Assembly: GCA_002269645.1 (NCBI GenBank)
Contig: NIVC01000176.1
Location: 744,001-808,000 of the forward strand
Direction of reading: 5' to 3'
DNA from: Macrostomum lignano
Lineage: Eukaryota
Length of the DNA stretch: 64,000 bases
The notes beneath the pieces were generated by a model that saw only the letters and a program-made list of their open reading frames with translations, made no database searches and was not told where the DNA came from. Of this stretch, positions 26,850 through 40,100 are shown one piece after another; the stretch's first letter is position 1, and every line of letters starts with the position of its first letter. A program made the position numbers and the translations under genes.

Positions 26850-27250
26850 CGCCTGTCTGCTATTAGCGCCTGTCACCAGTGCGGTCCACCGTGGAAGCCA
26901 CCGAGGAGGTGCCGGAGCTGGAGAGCAGCTGAGGCCGGAGCTGCAGCCATTCTGGAGAATCTGGGAGCGGCTCGCTGTGTGGAACGATGGCAATTGCCTG
27001 GCAAACGGAACTCGCGCGGTGATTCCCGCTGCTCTGTGAGAAATATTTCAAGCCTTCAAAGACGGTCCTGACACCGACGAAGTGGTCAACGCTGCCATGC
27101 GAGGAGCTTCAGTTGGACATCTTTGGGGAGCTGCACTCGGCACCGAACTGCTGCCGCTTCACCCTGGTGCTGCACGACTTGCACTCGGAGTGGCCGGAAG
27201 CAGCCTGCATGTCGACAGAGACCACTGCGGATGTGATCGACGCCCTGAGG
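26850..27250 (+). mobile_element. Degenerate Ty3/Gypsy integrase fragment
   Basis: PCEELQLDIFGELHSAPNCCRFTLVLHDLHSEWPEAACMSTETTADVIDALR matches the N-terminal part of the rve core. Truncated by a (TC)n tract. Confidence 0.7.
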
Positions 27251-27384
27251 ACCTCTCTCCTCTCTCTCTCCTCTCTCTCTCTCTCTCTCCCTCTCTCTCT
27301 ACACTGCATGCCTCGGTGTCAGCTTTATTTTAGTTTTTTTACTCAGTAATTTTTCTGCTCCTATGCTTTTGCGTGTACTTCTTT

Positions 27385-28420
27385 GCTGAGTCGCCGTGTG
27401 TCGAGGATCGACTGCAACTCGGTCAACGCCGTCTAAACGGTGTTCTGCCGCCGCTGCAGCTGCACGGTCTACGTCGGCGAGACGGTCAACAGCATCCGCG
27501 CCCGCATGCTGGCGCACATCGGCGACATCAGGCACGCACGCGACACTCCGGTGGCCCGCCACTTCAGCAACGATGGCCATAGTCTCGAGGACTTCGCCTT
27601 CACCGGAGTGTGGACGCGAGACGGCTCAGGACCCAAGGCCAGTGAACGACGTCAACGTCAGGAAGCCAAACTCATTGCGGTCCTGAAGACTCTGGTCCCA
27701 CATGGCGCCAACGAGCTGGCCGGGGTGCTGCACAATCCGGCGATCCCACTGATCGTGCCGCACTGCGCTGGGTCGCACACCCTGGTTGCCAAGGTCCCAG
27801 TCGACTGGAGTCCACCACTGATTGATTTTTTTCTTTCTGATTTTCTTTGCTACTTAGCTTTGTTAGCTTTGTCTTTGTACCTACCTAGCCTTTTATTGCT
27901 CCTAGAATTTTTTATTCTCATCGCTAGTCCAAGGTCAGCTTTTATATATTCTCAGCATTTATCTTGCACCTACATTTCTATTGTTTTTTGACACCCTGTA
28001 CATTTTTATTACACTTTACTTTTACTCTTTTGCTTATCGGATAATTGCTTATTTTTTCAGTTTTTGAGGGCCTTTTCATTATTTATTTATTGAGGTCCAT
28101 TTTCGAAAGTGCTTAGCGTCACTCTCCCTTTTAAGACACCGGTGCAGTTGCACCGCTCCAATATTTATTTCGCGTGTAGGGTCGCTGCAGCCCACGTGCG
28201 GTTCACTTTATTTGTGCACTGATTCAGTTATTTTGCATTTTTAAGTCTAATAGTGTTTTATCGACGCTCTCTACGAGTATCCACCTGTCTACTCTCTCTC
28301 CCCTCTAACCCCGCCTATTTAGTAACTTTTACAACGCCACTTGTCGCTACTTTTCACTTGCCCTGACGAATAAATATAATAATTTCGAATATCGGCAATT
28401 CAATTAAACTGACTTTCTTC
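27385..28420 (+). mobile_element. Penelope-like element 3' end: GIY-YIG endonuclease plus AT-rich 3' region (possible pLTR)
   Basis: CNSVNAV*TVFCRRCSCTVYVGETVNSIRARMLAH...VARHF...GH...EAKLIAVLKTLVPHGANE shows the PLE EN pattern with its CCHH motif. The first-motif Tyr is replaced by TAA at about 27432-27434. Confidence 0.82.
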
Positions 28421-28429
28421 AGTGCTTTC

Positions 28430-28466
28430 TACCGTGTCAGTGCCTGAGATTGGAGGTGCCCTCCTC

Positions 28467-28498
<32 letters not shown>

Positions 28499-28545
28499 CA
28501 GTCCTTTCTACCGTTACCGTGTGAGTGCCTGAGATTGGAGGTGCC

Positions 28546-28622
<77 letters not shown>

Positions 28623-28672
28623 CTTCAGTCCTTTCTACCGTTACCGTGTGAGTGCCTGAGATTGGAGGTGCC

Positions 28673-28738
<66 letters not shown>

Positions 28739-28788
28739 CAGTCCTTTCTACCGTTACCGTGTCAGTGCCTGAGATTGGAGTTGCCCTC

Positions 28789-28827
<39 letters not shown>

Positions 28828-28886
28828 TCTTTCTTTCTTCAGTCCTTTCTACCGTTACCGTGTCAGTGCCTGAGATTGGAGTTGCC

Positions 28887-28979
<93 letters not shown>

Positions 28980-29007
28980 GTCTCTCTCTCTCCCCTCTCT
29001 CTCTCTC
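28430..29007. repeat. Compound tandem repeat: a fixed unit of about 60 bp interleaved with variable-length (TC)n tracts, 5-6 copies
   Basis: GTGCCTGAGATTGGAGGTGCCCTCC(TC)nTTTCTTCAGTCCTTTCTACCGTTACCGTGT repeated. Confidence 0.9.
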
Positions 29008-30851
29008 CGTGCCAAAAGGTTTCAGTGCGGAACAAATCCAAAGACAGACGCAGGAATTCAAGCCGCGCTGAGCGCCATCAAGACAGGAAACTGGAACACA
29101 CACGACTCGGTACAACGCGCACTAAAAGCCATCAGCAGCGAACTGACAGAAGACAATGGAATGCTACTTCGAGGAGACCTCATTGTCGTCCCAGAGTCAC
29201 TACGGAGACCAATTTTGCAACTGGCCCACACCGGACATCTTGGTGCCGATCGAACACTCAAGCGTCTGCAGACCAAAGTCTGGTGGCCAGGGATGCGCAG
29301 TGACTGTGGTACCTTCGTGAAATGCTGCATTCCTTGTCAAGCGTCGGACACTCTTACCAATCAGACACCTCTGAGACCGACAAAGTTACCCGAGGGTCCC
29401 TGGCAGCAACTTGGAATGGACTTCTTCGGACCTGTCCAAGGCCAAATGCTTCTAGTTACCACGGACCTGTATTCTAAATACCCGGAGATCAACATTTTGA
29501 GCTCGACAACAGCAGAGAGTGTAAAACCGCATCTGAGGAGACTTTTCAGCAGGCACGGCGTTCCAGTCGAAGTCGTGACAGACAACGGACCTCCTTTCAG
29601 TTCGGCCGATTTTCGTAGCTTTCTAGCCGACTTCGGAGTCCATCATCGCCTCATCTGCCCGCTGCATCCGGAGTCCAATGGGGCAACCGAGCGCCTCAAT
29701 CGAAGCATCGGCAAAGCAGTGAAAACCGCAGTTTCTGAAGGTCGCAATTGGAGAGAAGCCATCGAAGACTGGCTGCTGGCTTTCCGCACGACACCACACA
29801 GGGCTACCGGACGCACCCCTGCAGAGCTTCTAATGGGCAGAAAAATCAACGACGGAATCCCGACTAGCAAACCGTTCGTTCCAACAGCCGGTGAGGTCCA
29901 CGACACTGTTAGAGCCTGGAATCGCAAGTATGCCGACAGCATGAAGCAGCAATTTGACACGCGCAACGCAGTGAAGGATCACAGCATCCAACCCGGCAAC
30001 CAAGTGCTCCGCAAACAACAGACGCTAAACAAACTGCAACTGCCTTTCGAGCCTCTGCCATGGACGGTAAAGGAAGTTCGAGGAGACACCTGCATCTTAG
30101 AGCGAGGGCGACAGTCCTGCATGCGCCATGTAACGCATCTGCGACCTATCAGCCAACCTGCCTCTGCCGGCCAGCCTGCCTCAGCCGGCCAACCTGCCTC
30201 AGCCGGCCAACCTGCCTCAGCCGGCCAGCTTGCCTCAGCCGGCCAACCTGCCTCAGCCGGCCAGCCTGTGTCTGCCGGCCAACCTGCCTCGGCCGGCCAG
30301 CCTGTGTCTGCCGGCCAGCCTGTGTCTGCCGGCCAACCTGCCTCAGCCGGCCAGCCTGTGTCTGCCGGCCAACCTGCCTCGGCCGGCCAGCCTGTGTCTG
30401 CCGGCCAGCCCGCCGGCCAGAGGGACTTCCTAGCCTTCAGGAGGCATCCACGTGAGGCTAAAGAGGGGCCGAAAATTTATAAATGACAAGCGCTGTTTGA
30501 ATCACAAACTGAACTGACAACAACAATATTATTTTTATTCCCGTCAACTGATTTACTGACAATAATAATATTTTTTATTTCCGTCAGCTGTTTTTTTTTA
30601 TTCCTCATCACTTTTTCCTTAGGGGGGAAGAATTGTAGGCTTGCGCCTTAGCAGTTCTCAGTGTCGTATTTACTAGCCTCTTTCTATCTCTCTGTCATTC
30701 TATATCGGCGTACATTCAACTCTCTAACCATGCACGCGCCAACCCCCCATTGACTAATATTTAAATACACGCATTGGCATTTACTCGTATTTGGGACTTT
30801 GCTATCGGTATCGATCCAAACAAACTCACACGGCTTGTCAGAGTTCCTACA
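29008..30851 (+). mobile_element. 5'-truncated Ty3/Gypsy LTR retrotransposon: integrase ORF ending at 30486, PPT 30621-30632, 3' LTR 30634-30851
   Basis: H2C2 motif (AHTGHLG...CIPC). DDE residues in MDFFGP, VTDNGPPF and SNGATER. The PPT AGGGGGGAAGAA is followed by an LTR bounded by TGTAGG...CCTACA inverted ends. An 18-bp (SAGQPA/V) repeat lies in the integrase tail. Confidence 0.88.
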
Positions 30852-31499
30852 ATGATGAGCTGGTAATTAATATATCTTATTTATGAACTCTTTTTCATCC
30901 TTATTATAGCTTTCACAAAAACTGTTTTACGTGTGAGCTGGTGGTTAATTAGCTACGAGTATCTAAAGAATTCTACTACTGACATTGCTATGCGTTGAGG
31001 ATGATGATGTAGCCGCTGGTGGAGGCTGGTATGTTACTGACACAAATTAATTCCTATTAAAACCGAGAATTATCATGAGTGCAAATTTGGAAGAAGCCAC
31101 AATGTGCTGTCGAATGTACTGAATGACATATTGGGGTGCAGAACATCAGCTATGAGCGCAATTATGAAGCCACTGAAAAGTTTCACTAATGAACAATAAT
31201 GGCAGTGCCATTGTCGTTGAATTCGTTGGAAATTCCGATGTTTATAACAAAGTTGTCAGTTCAAGCTTATTGTAGCTAGAATATGTACATAAATTTCCTC
31301 ATTAATAAATTTATCCAATTCCGCTTTCGTGTGCAGTTCACTGACGGCTTTGGCACTCTTGTATTTTAGAGAATCTCAGAGCTTTGATTCCACCGCGTTT
31401 GACTGCTGTAGTGGAAAAGCTACGTAATATTCACAGTTTCAAGTCTTAAATATTGTTCTGTGTCAGTTTAAATGTTTGGTAATCATATACAGAAGCTGG

Positions 31500-32050
31500 A
31501 GATGACGAGAGCCCATTAGAGACATGTGTATTTCATCCACTATTAGTAACACGACCTTCTAATCTGAATCAGCTTACTTGCTCGGAGGGTAGCCGTGGCA
31601 ACTCAATTTATCATGCCCAACTCATCTGAGGACATTTTAGCAAGCTAAAGAAATCCCAGCACAGACCTTAATATTTTCCGTCTAAATATGCTCATTGTCT
31701 GCGGGACAACTGCAAGTGAAAATGTGGCCTAGATTAGCATGTCTTGTATTCTCTCAGCCCTTGGCTCGCTGTGTCAGAGGGCGCCAGATGCTTGATACAC
31801 TGAGCAGATACAATCTAGTCGGTCCATGAGCAATGCAGGTATAAAGGCCCAAAACAGATCAGAACAGAAGATCAAAGCAAAGTGGTGCGACCGGGGACCG
31901 GAAAGAGTTCGAAGTGCGGATTGTAAAGATGATCAACCTGATTAGAAAGTCTGGTGACAACCAGTATAAACATATAACCGGTTTTCCCTGTCACTGGTGG
32001 CCTGGGCTGGCACGAGGTAAGTCGGTACAGATGGACCAGGGGTGCAAAAC
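31500..32050 (+). pseudogene. Possible highly decayed Penelope-type RT remnant
   Basis: Broken peptides KEIPAQTLIFSV*ICSL and DNQYKHITGFP loosely resemble PLE RT motifs. Weak. Confidence 0.3.
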
Positions 32051-32354
32051 TTGCTGATCAAAAATAAGATAGATGGGCCACTTCACTAAATGCATTCTTA
32101 CCAAGGACTACTAAGCAAACAAACAATTTAAGTAATTTTAAGTAGTCCTTGCTCCTTACATAGTCTGTGTTTCTCCAGAGCTTCAACTGTTCTAAAACTG
32201 CAGTTAAACAAATATATTTTGTACGGCGGCTTTTGACGAACACACGAAGGGTTTGTAACGCAATTTAAATATAAACAGAAAAATTGCAAATTATAACTGT
32301 TTTGCTGAAGCTGGCTATGGTGCAAGTGGGAGGGCGCCGGCGCTTAAGCGGCAG

Positions 32355-33390
<1,036 letters not shown>

Positions 33391-33857
33391 CATAACAGGG
33401 AGGTAAAATTGTGCAGATAAGGCTACAAAAGAAGATCCAAAATAAAGTTATTAATAATCGCTGTAAAAATCAAACGCAGCATTGTAGCAAAAGATTTCGT
33501 GAGACAGAGCAGCTGTTTAGCGAGCCCGAAGTCAGCCAGCCTCACACGGCGGACAGATTCTGCAGCGATGTTGAGGACCTGCTCAGGGACAGTTCGACTT
33601 GCTTTTGCACTGAGGGCATAAAAATAGAGAATTCTTGTTTGATTCCGCTTTGCAACAGCTGTTTTAAGTTTGGTCTGGGGACTAATTAGACAATTTAATT
33701 GCATCTTGGATTCGGCGCCACACCTGCGGTTCATTCATGCGGAAGCATTCAGCATCAACTCGTCAGAGTTTTCGGGGCGTTGAGGAATTTTTGAAGAACG
33801 GAGGGATTTCCCCGGACACAGTTCTTCTCAAAACTTCACAGATGCTATGCCTCATAT

Positions 33858-34175
33858 ACTCACCGGACAAAATCCCCGCCGGACAGCCCGCACTCACCGG
33901 ACACAATCCCCGCCGGACAGCCCGCACTCACCGGACACAATCCCCGCCGGACAGCCCGCACTCACCGGACACAATCCCCGCCGGACAGCCTGCACTCACC
34001 GGACACAATCCCCGCCGGACAGCCCGCACTCACCGGACACAATCCCCGCCGGACAGCCCGCACTCACCGGACACAATCCTCGCCGGACAGCCCGCACTCA
34101 CCGGACACAATCCCCGCCGGACAGCCCGCACTCACCGGACACAATCCCCACCGGACAGCCCGCACTCACCGGACA
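33858..34175. repeat. 34-bp minisatellite, about 9 copies, each containing a copy of the neighbouring splice donor
   Basis: Minus-strand unit TGTCCG|GTGAGTGCGGGCTGTCCGGCGGGGATTG is identical to the exon end and donor at 34169/34170. Confidence 0.92.
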
Positions 34176-37100
34176 CCCGGACGCCGCGGCCAACCGTGTC
34201 AATCAGGGTGTACCGGTCCAGATGCCGGCTAATGGAAATCCCAGACCGGTGGAAGCCCCTCCTGGCCAGGCTGTCCATCCTGCAGTGCTCCGGCCAGGCC
34301 AGCCGGTGCTCTCCGGACAGGGCCGGCAGTCCGTCCTCGCCGCCACCGCCGCCGGCCGCCCCGGACAGTCGAGCCCAGTCGCGGCTGCTGATGTAGCTCG
34401 GCCGGCCGCCGGCCGAGGAGGCGGCGAGTTTCGGCTCGGTTCTCGACCGAGTCATGAAGCTGAACGGAGCGGGGTTCTTCGACTGCTCAGCAGGTGGTTC
34501 GGCGGCGAGGAGGTCGTCCGGCGCCGTGGGGGTCAGTATCGTCACCCGACGCTTGCCGGAGGCTTTCGTGAGCGCTGCTGCGTCGGCTCCGGCCGAGCCG
34601 TGTCGCTGGTCGATGGCCAGCAGCAGGGCGGCGCTGCGGCTGGAGCTGCCGCCGGGTGTGCAGATGACGTTGTCGCGTCCGGGTACGAACTCCCTGCGGA
34701 TTGGGGGGTTCGGCAGCTTGTTGCAGTGCTTTTAGGGATGTGGGATGTGGGAGCTTTGGTTAGTTTGTTTTGTTTTGTTTTGGTTGCTGCCCGGTTGACT
34801 ATGAGAGAGCGGACAGGTACGTGGGTTCAGGTAGACAGACAGGTAGACAGACAGGTAGATAGACAGGTAGATAGACATTTATATAGACAGGTAGATAGAC
34901 ATTTAGATAGACAGGTAGATAGACAGGTAGATAGACAGGTAGATAGACAGGTAGATAGGCAGTTAGATAGACAGGTAGATAGACATTTAGATAGACAGGT
35001 AGATAGACAGGTAGATAGACAGGTAGATAGACAGGTAGATAGGCAGTTAGATAAACAGGTAGATATAGACAGTTAGACGGACAGGTAGATAGACAGGTAG
35101 ATAGACAGGTAGATAGACAGGTAGATAGACATTTATATAGACAGGTAGATAGACATTTAGATAGACAGGTAGATAGACAGGTAGATAGACAGGTAGATAG
35201 ACAGGTAGATAGACAGGTAGATAGGCAGTTAGATAAACAGGTAGATATAGACAGTTAGACGGACAGGTAGATAGACAGGTAGATAGACAGGTAGATAGAC
35301 AGGTAGATAGACATTTATATAGACAGGTAGATAGACATTTAAATAGACAGGTAGATAAACAGGTAGATAGACAGGTAGATAGACAGGTAGATAGACAGGT
35401 AGATAGACAGGTAGATAGACAGGTAGATAGACAGGTAGATAGACAGGTAGATAGACAGGTAGATAGACAGGTAGATAGGCAGTTAGATAAACAGGTAGAT
35501 ATAGACAGTTAGACGGACAGGTAGATAGACAGGTAGATAGACAGGTAGATAGACAGGTAGATAGACAGGTAGATAGACATTTATATAGACAGGTAGATAG
35601 ACAGGTAGATAGACAGGTAGATAGACAGGTAGATAGACAGGTAGATAGACAGGTAGATAGACAGGTAGATAGACAGGTAGATAGACAGGTAGATAGACAG
35701 GTAGATAGGCAGTTAGATAAACAGGTAGATATAGACAGTTAGACGGACAGGTAGATAGACAGGTAGATAGACAGGTAGATATACAGGTAGATAGACAGGT
35801 AGATAGACAGGTATATAGACAGGTAGATAGGCAGTTAGATAGACAGGTGGATATAGACAGATAGATAAACAGGTAGATATAGACAGGTAGACGGACTGGT
35901 AGATAGACAGGTAGATAGACATTTAGATAGACAGGTAGATAGACAGGTAGATAAACAGGTAGATATAGACAGGTTGATAGACAGGTAGATAGACAGGTAG
36001 ATGGACAGGTAGATAGACAGGTAGATGGACAGGTAGATAGACAGGTAGATGGACAGGTAGATAGACAGGTAGATGTTTAAAAAGGATATGCAGATTGGTG
36101 AACGGACAAGTAGGTGGACGGCGGAAGAGAACGGCGTAGTGAAAATGTTGATGGCACAACCCGAAGAGAGGTGAGGCACCGGGGCGCAGTCAAGATCGAA
36201 CTCAGAAACAGAAATTTAACACGAGATTCATTCTAATCTCAAAAATCTATTCTGCAACATCTGTTATCTAAGAAATCATCTTTGCTACACAGCCAAACCG
36301 TTTACTCAACTGAGATATGAAGGGTAATGGGCAAGAACCATATTGCATCAGACAAAGCCGAGATGTTAATATTGTGAATAGATTTTTACACGTAACTCTG
36401 GCAATCGTTAAAGGTGTTGTACGTAAGGTACCAAATAACTTGTGAGTTAAGTGAATTCACGAGCTCAGCTCAATACAATTTGGTGACAAAAAACTGACTA
36501 GAATTTGTTAGAACATTCGCAACTCGATTATAAAAGTGCTTGATGTACTTTTCTCCTGTTTCAAGCCGATTCAGGCCATAGACTATCTGTCTAGCCCGCC
36601 TGTTAGCTGGCTCAGTATCAACTGGCTGAATTTTCGGCAGATTCAGCAGCATCTTTCGAATCCGATGATCGTCTAGGAGGCTGCGAAATTCGATTCCAGT
36701 TTCAGTTAAACAGTTTCGAAATTCCGCGCGACCAGTCAGATTTGAACGAAGTTTCGCTATTAAGATAACTACATCTCAAATCCAAACCCAAACCCTCCAC
36801 CCTATTTTCTCGAACCAAGACCCACAACCCCATTTTTTGCTACCAAAGACTCGCCACCCTGTATTCAACCTAGACCCACCACCCCATTTTCTCCACTCAG
36901 AACCCACCACCCCATTTTCTCCACTTCAGACCCACCACCCCATTTTCTTCACTCCAGACCGACCACCCCATTTTCTCCACTCCAGACCCACCACCCCATT
37001 TTCTCCACTTCGAACCCACCACCCCATTTTCTCCACTCCAGACCCACCACCCCATTTTCTTCACTCCAGACCGACCACCCCATTTTCTCCACTCCAGACC

Positions 37101-40100
37101 CACCACCCCATTTTCTCCACTTCGAACCCACCACCCCATTTTCTCCACTCCAGACCCACCAACCCATTTTCTCCACTCAGAACCCACCACCCCATTTTCT
37201 CCACTCCAGACCCACCACCCCATTTTCTCCACTCAGAACCCACCACCCCATTTTCTCCACTCAGAACCCAACACCACATTTTATCCACTCAAGACCCACC
37301 ACCCCATTTTCTCCGCTCCAGAACCACCACCCATTTTGTCCGACAGCCACTGTTACTTACTCGTACAATCCAGTGTGCTGCGGCAGCAGCGGCTGTCGTC
37401 CACCCTGCTGACTCATCCGGCCTCCTTTGTCCAAGCGACTGTCAACTAAGAGCACATCGGGCAGCTGCTGCAGTTGAGACTTGAATGTAAGAAAGGGAAG
37501 AAGTACTGCAAATTTTATCTTTTTACTTTAAAATTCACACCTATCTACTATTAGTATTCTAGTTAATAAGAATTCACCAGACACTGGAAATTAAAACTCA
37601 AATTCACTCAGACTCATTTACAGACTGGTCACACCTCAGAGCTCACCTGTCTCCCAGTGTCAGTGCTGCTACTTCCGCTATCAGTTCTGATGTCGCTCCG
37701 TCTACTGTGATTGGCTGATCGATTTGTCCTCACTGATGCCGTGATTGGCCGGGTTTTGAGTTCCTCGGTGACGCTGCCGCTGTCGGGCGCTCCTTCGGCG
37801 CCACGGCTGCCACCTGCGCTGCCACCGCCGCTGCCGCTGCCGCTGCTGCTGCCGCTGCTGTCGCTGCGCTGTTGCTGCTCTTCGCTGAGCACCGTCAGCG
37901 GCGGCTGATGCTGCTGACCGAGCGGCTGCTGCTGCAGCTGCTGTAGATTCTGCGATGAGGCTTCGAGACTGTCCGAAGTCAGCGTCGTCCGAGTGGCATC
38001 CCGGCCAGGTGCGTGATGGCGGTCTGGATGGGTAGGGACAGTGCCTATAGATCTAGTGTGTGATCTATAGAATCTAGTGTGTGATCTATAGAATCTAGTG
38101 GGTGATCTATAGAATCTAGTGTGTGATCTATTGAATCTAGTGTATGATCTATTGAATCTAGTGTGTGATCTATTGAATCTAGTGTATGATCTATAAAATT
38201 TAGTGTGTGATCTATTGAATCTAGTGTATGATATATAGAATTTAGTGTGTGATCTATTGAATCTAGTGTGTGATCTATAGAATCTAGTGTGTGATCTATA
38301 GAATCTAGTGTGTGATCTATAGAATCTAGTGTGTGATCTATAGAATCTAGTGTGTGATCTATAGAATCTAGTGTGTGATCTATAGAATTTAGTGTGTGAT
38401 CTATTGAATCTAGTGTGTGATCTATAGAATCTAGTGTGTGATCTATAGAATCTAGTGTGTGATCTATAGAATCTAGTGTGTGATCTATAGAATCTAGTGG
38501 GTGATCTATAGAATCTAGTGTGTGATCTATTGAATCTAGTGTATGATCTATTGAATCTAGTGTGTGATCTATTGAATCTAGTGTATGATCTATAAAATTT
38601 AGTGTGTGATCTATTGAATCTAGTGTGTGATCTATAGAATCTAGTGTGTGATCTATAGAATCTAGTGTGTGATCTATAGAATCTAGTGTATGATCTATTG
38701 AATCTAGTGTGTGATCTATAGAATCTAGTGTGTGATCTATAGAATCTAGTGTGTGATCTATAGAATTTAGTGTGTGATCTATTGAATCTAGTGTGTGATC
38801 TATAGAATCTAGTGTGTGATCTATTGAATCTAGTGTGTGATCTATAGAATCTAGTGTGTGATCTATAGAATCTATTGAGTGATCTATAGAATCTAGTGTG
38901 TGATCTATAGAATCTAGTGTATGATCTATAGATCTAATGTGTGGTCTATAGAATCTAGTGTGTAATATAGAATCTAGTGTGATCTATAAAATTTAGTGTG
39001 TGATCTATTGAATCTAGTGTGTGATTTATAGAATCTAGTGTGTGATCTATAGAATCTATTGTGTGATCTATAGAATCTAGTGTGTGGTCTATAGAATCTA
39101 GTGTGTGATCTATAGAATCTAGTGTGTGGTCTATAGAATCTAGTGTGTGATATATAGAACCCAGTTTGTAATCCATAGAATCTAGTTTTTGATCTATAGA
39201 ATCGATCGCTTTTAATCTGTAGAAACTGGGCTCTATCAAGGTTTTCTAATTTACAGTCAGTCTACAGAATCTGTCACTCCAATCTACAGAGTCTGTCACC
39301 CCGATCTACAGAATCTGTCACCTCAATCTACAGAATCTGTCACCCTAATCTACAGAATCTGTCACCCCAATCTACAGAATCTGTCACCCTCAATCTACAG
39401 AATCTGTCACCCTCAATCTACAGAATCTGTCACCCTAATCTACAGAATCTGTCACCCCAATCTACAGAATCTGTCACCCTCAATCTACAGAATCTGTCAC
39501 CCTCAATCTACAGAATCTGTCACCCCAATCTACAGAACCTGTCACCCTAATCTACAGAACCTGTCACCCTAATCTACAGAATCTGTCACCCCAATCTACA
39601 GAATCTGTCACCCCAATCTACAGAACCTGTCACTCTAATCTACAGAACCTGTCACCCAAATCTACAGAACCTGTCACCCAAATCTACAGAATCTGTCACT
39701 CTAATTTACAGAACCTGTCACTCTAATCTACAGAACCTGTCACCCCAATCTACAGAACCTGTCACCCCAATCTACAGAACCTGTCACCCCAATCTACAGA
39801 ATCTGTCACCCCAATCTACAGAATCTGTCACCCTAATCTACAGAATCTGTCACCCTAATCTACAGAACCTGTCACCCCAATCTACAGAACCTGTCACTTT
39901 AATCTACAGAACCTGTCACTCTAATCTACAGAACCTGTCACCCAAATCTACAGAATCGGTCACTCTAATTTACAGAACCTGTCACTCTAATCTACAGAAC
40001 CTGTCACCCCAATCTGCAGAATCTGTCACCCCAATCCACAGAACCTGCAGCTCAGTCTCACCCCAAGCGGTCAGGCTGGTGACCTCGCTGCTCCCCAGCC

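Noticed and set aside
28430-29007. CRISPR-like pattern of a constant unit with variable spacers
   Set aside because: The spacers are just (TC)n of different lengths, the context is eukaryotic, and there are no cas genes.
28759-29007. N-terminal SLSLSL extension of the 575-aa integrase ORF
   Set aside because: It is a translated (TC)n tract; the real element sequence starts at about 29008.
32058-32243. Faint resemblance of AVLEQLKLWRN to the KEN ribonuclease motif
   Set aside because: Only a few residues match, the catalytic His spacing is absent, and there are no supporting splice sites.
33423-33734. Kinase-like VRLADFGLAK motif on the minus strand, tempting an RNase L-like (ANK + kinase + KEN) story with the ankyrin gene
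   Set aside because: There is no HRD, VAIK or APE context. The paralogous copy at 13.8 kb reads AAFGL with stops, and differences between the copies fall mostly at third positions of the plus-strand frame, so the DFG is probably coincidental. It is also on the opposite strand from the ANK exon.
33847-35076. 409-aa plus-strand ORF; likewise 46179-47429 plus and 42603-43201 plus
   Set aside because: These are antisense shadows of GC-rich minus-strand exons joined to repeats. The splice signals support the minus strand.
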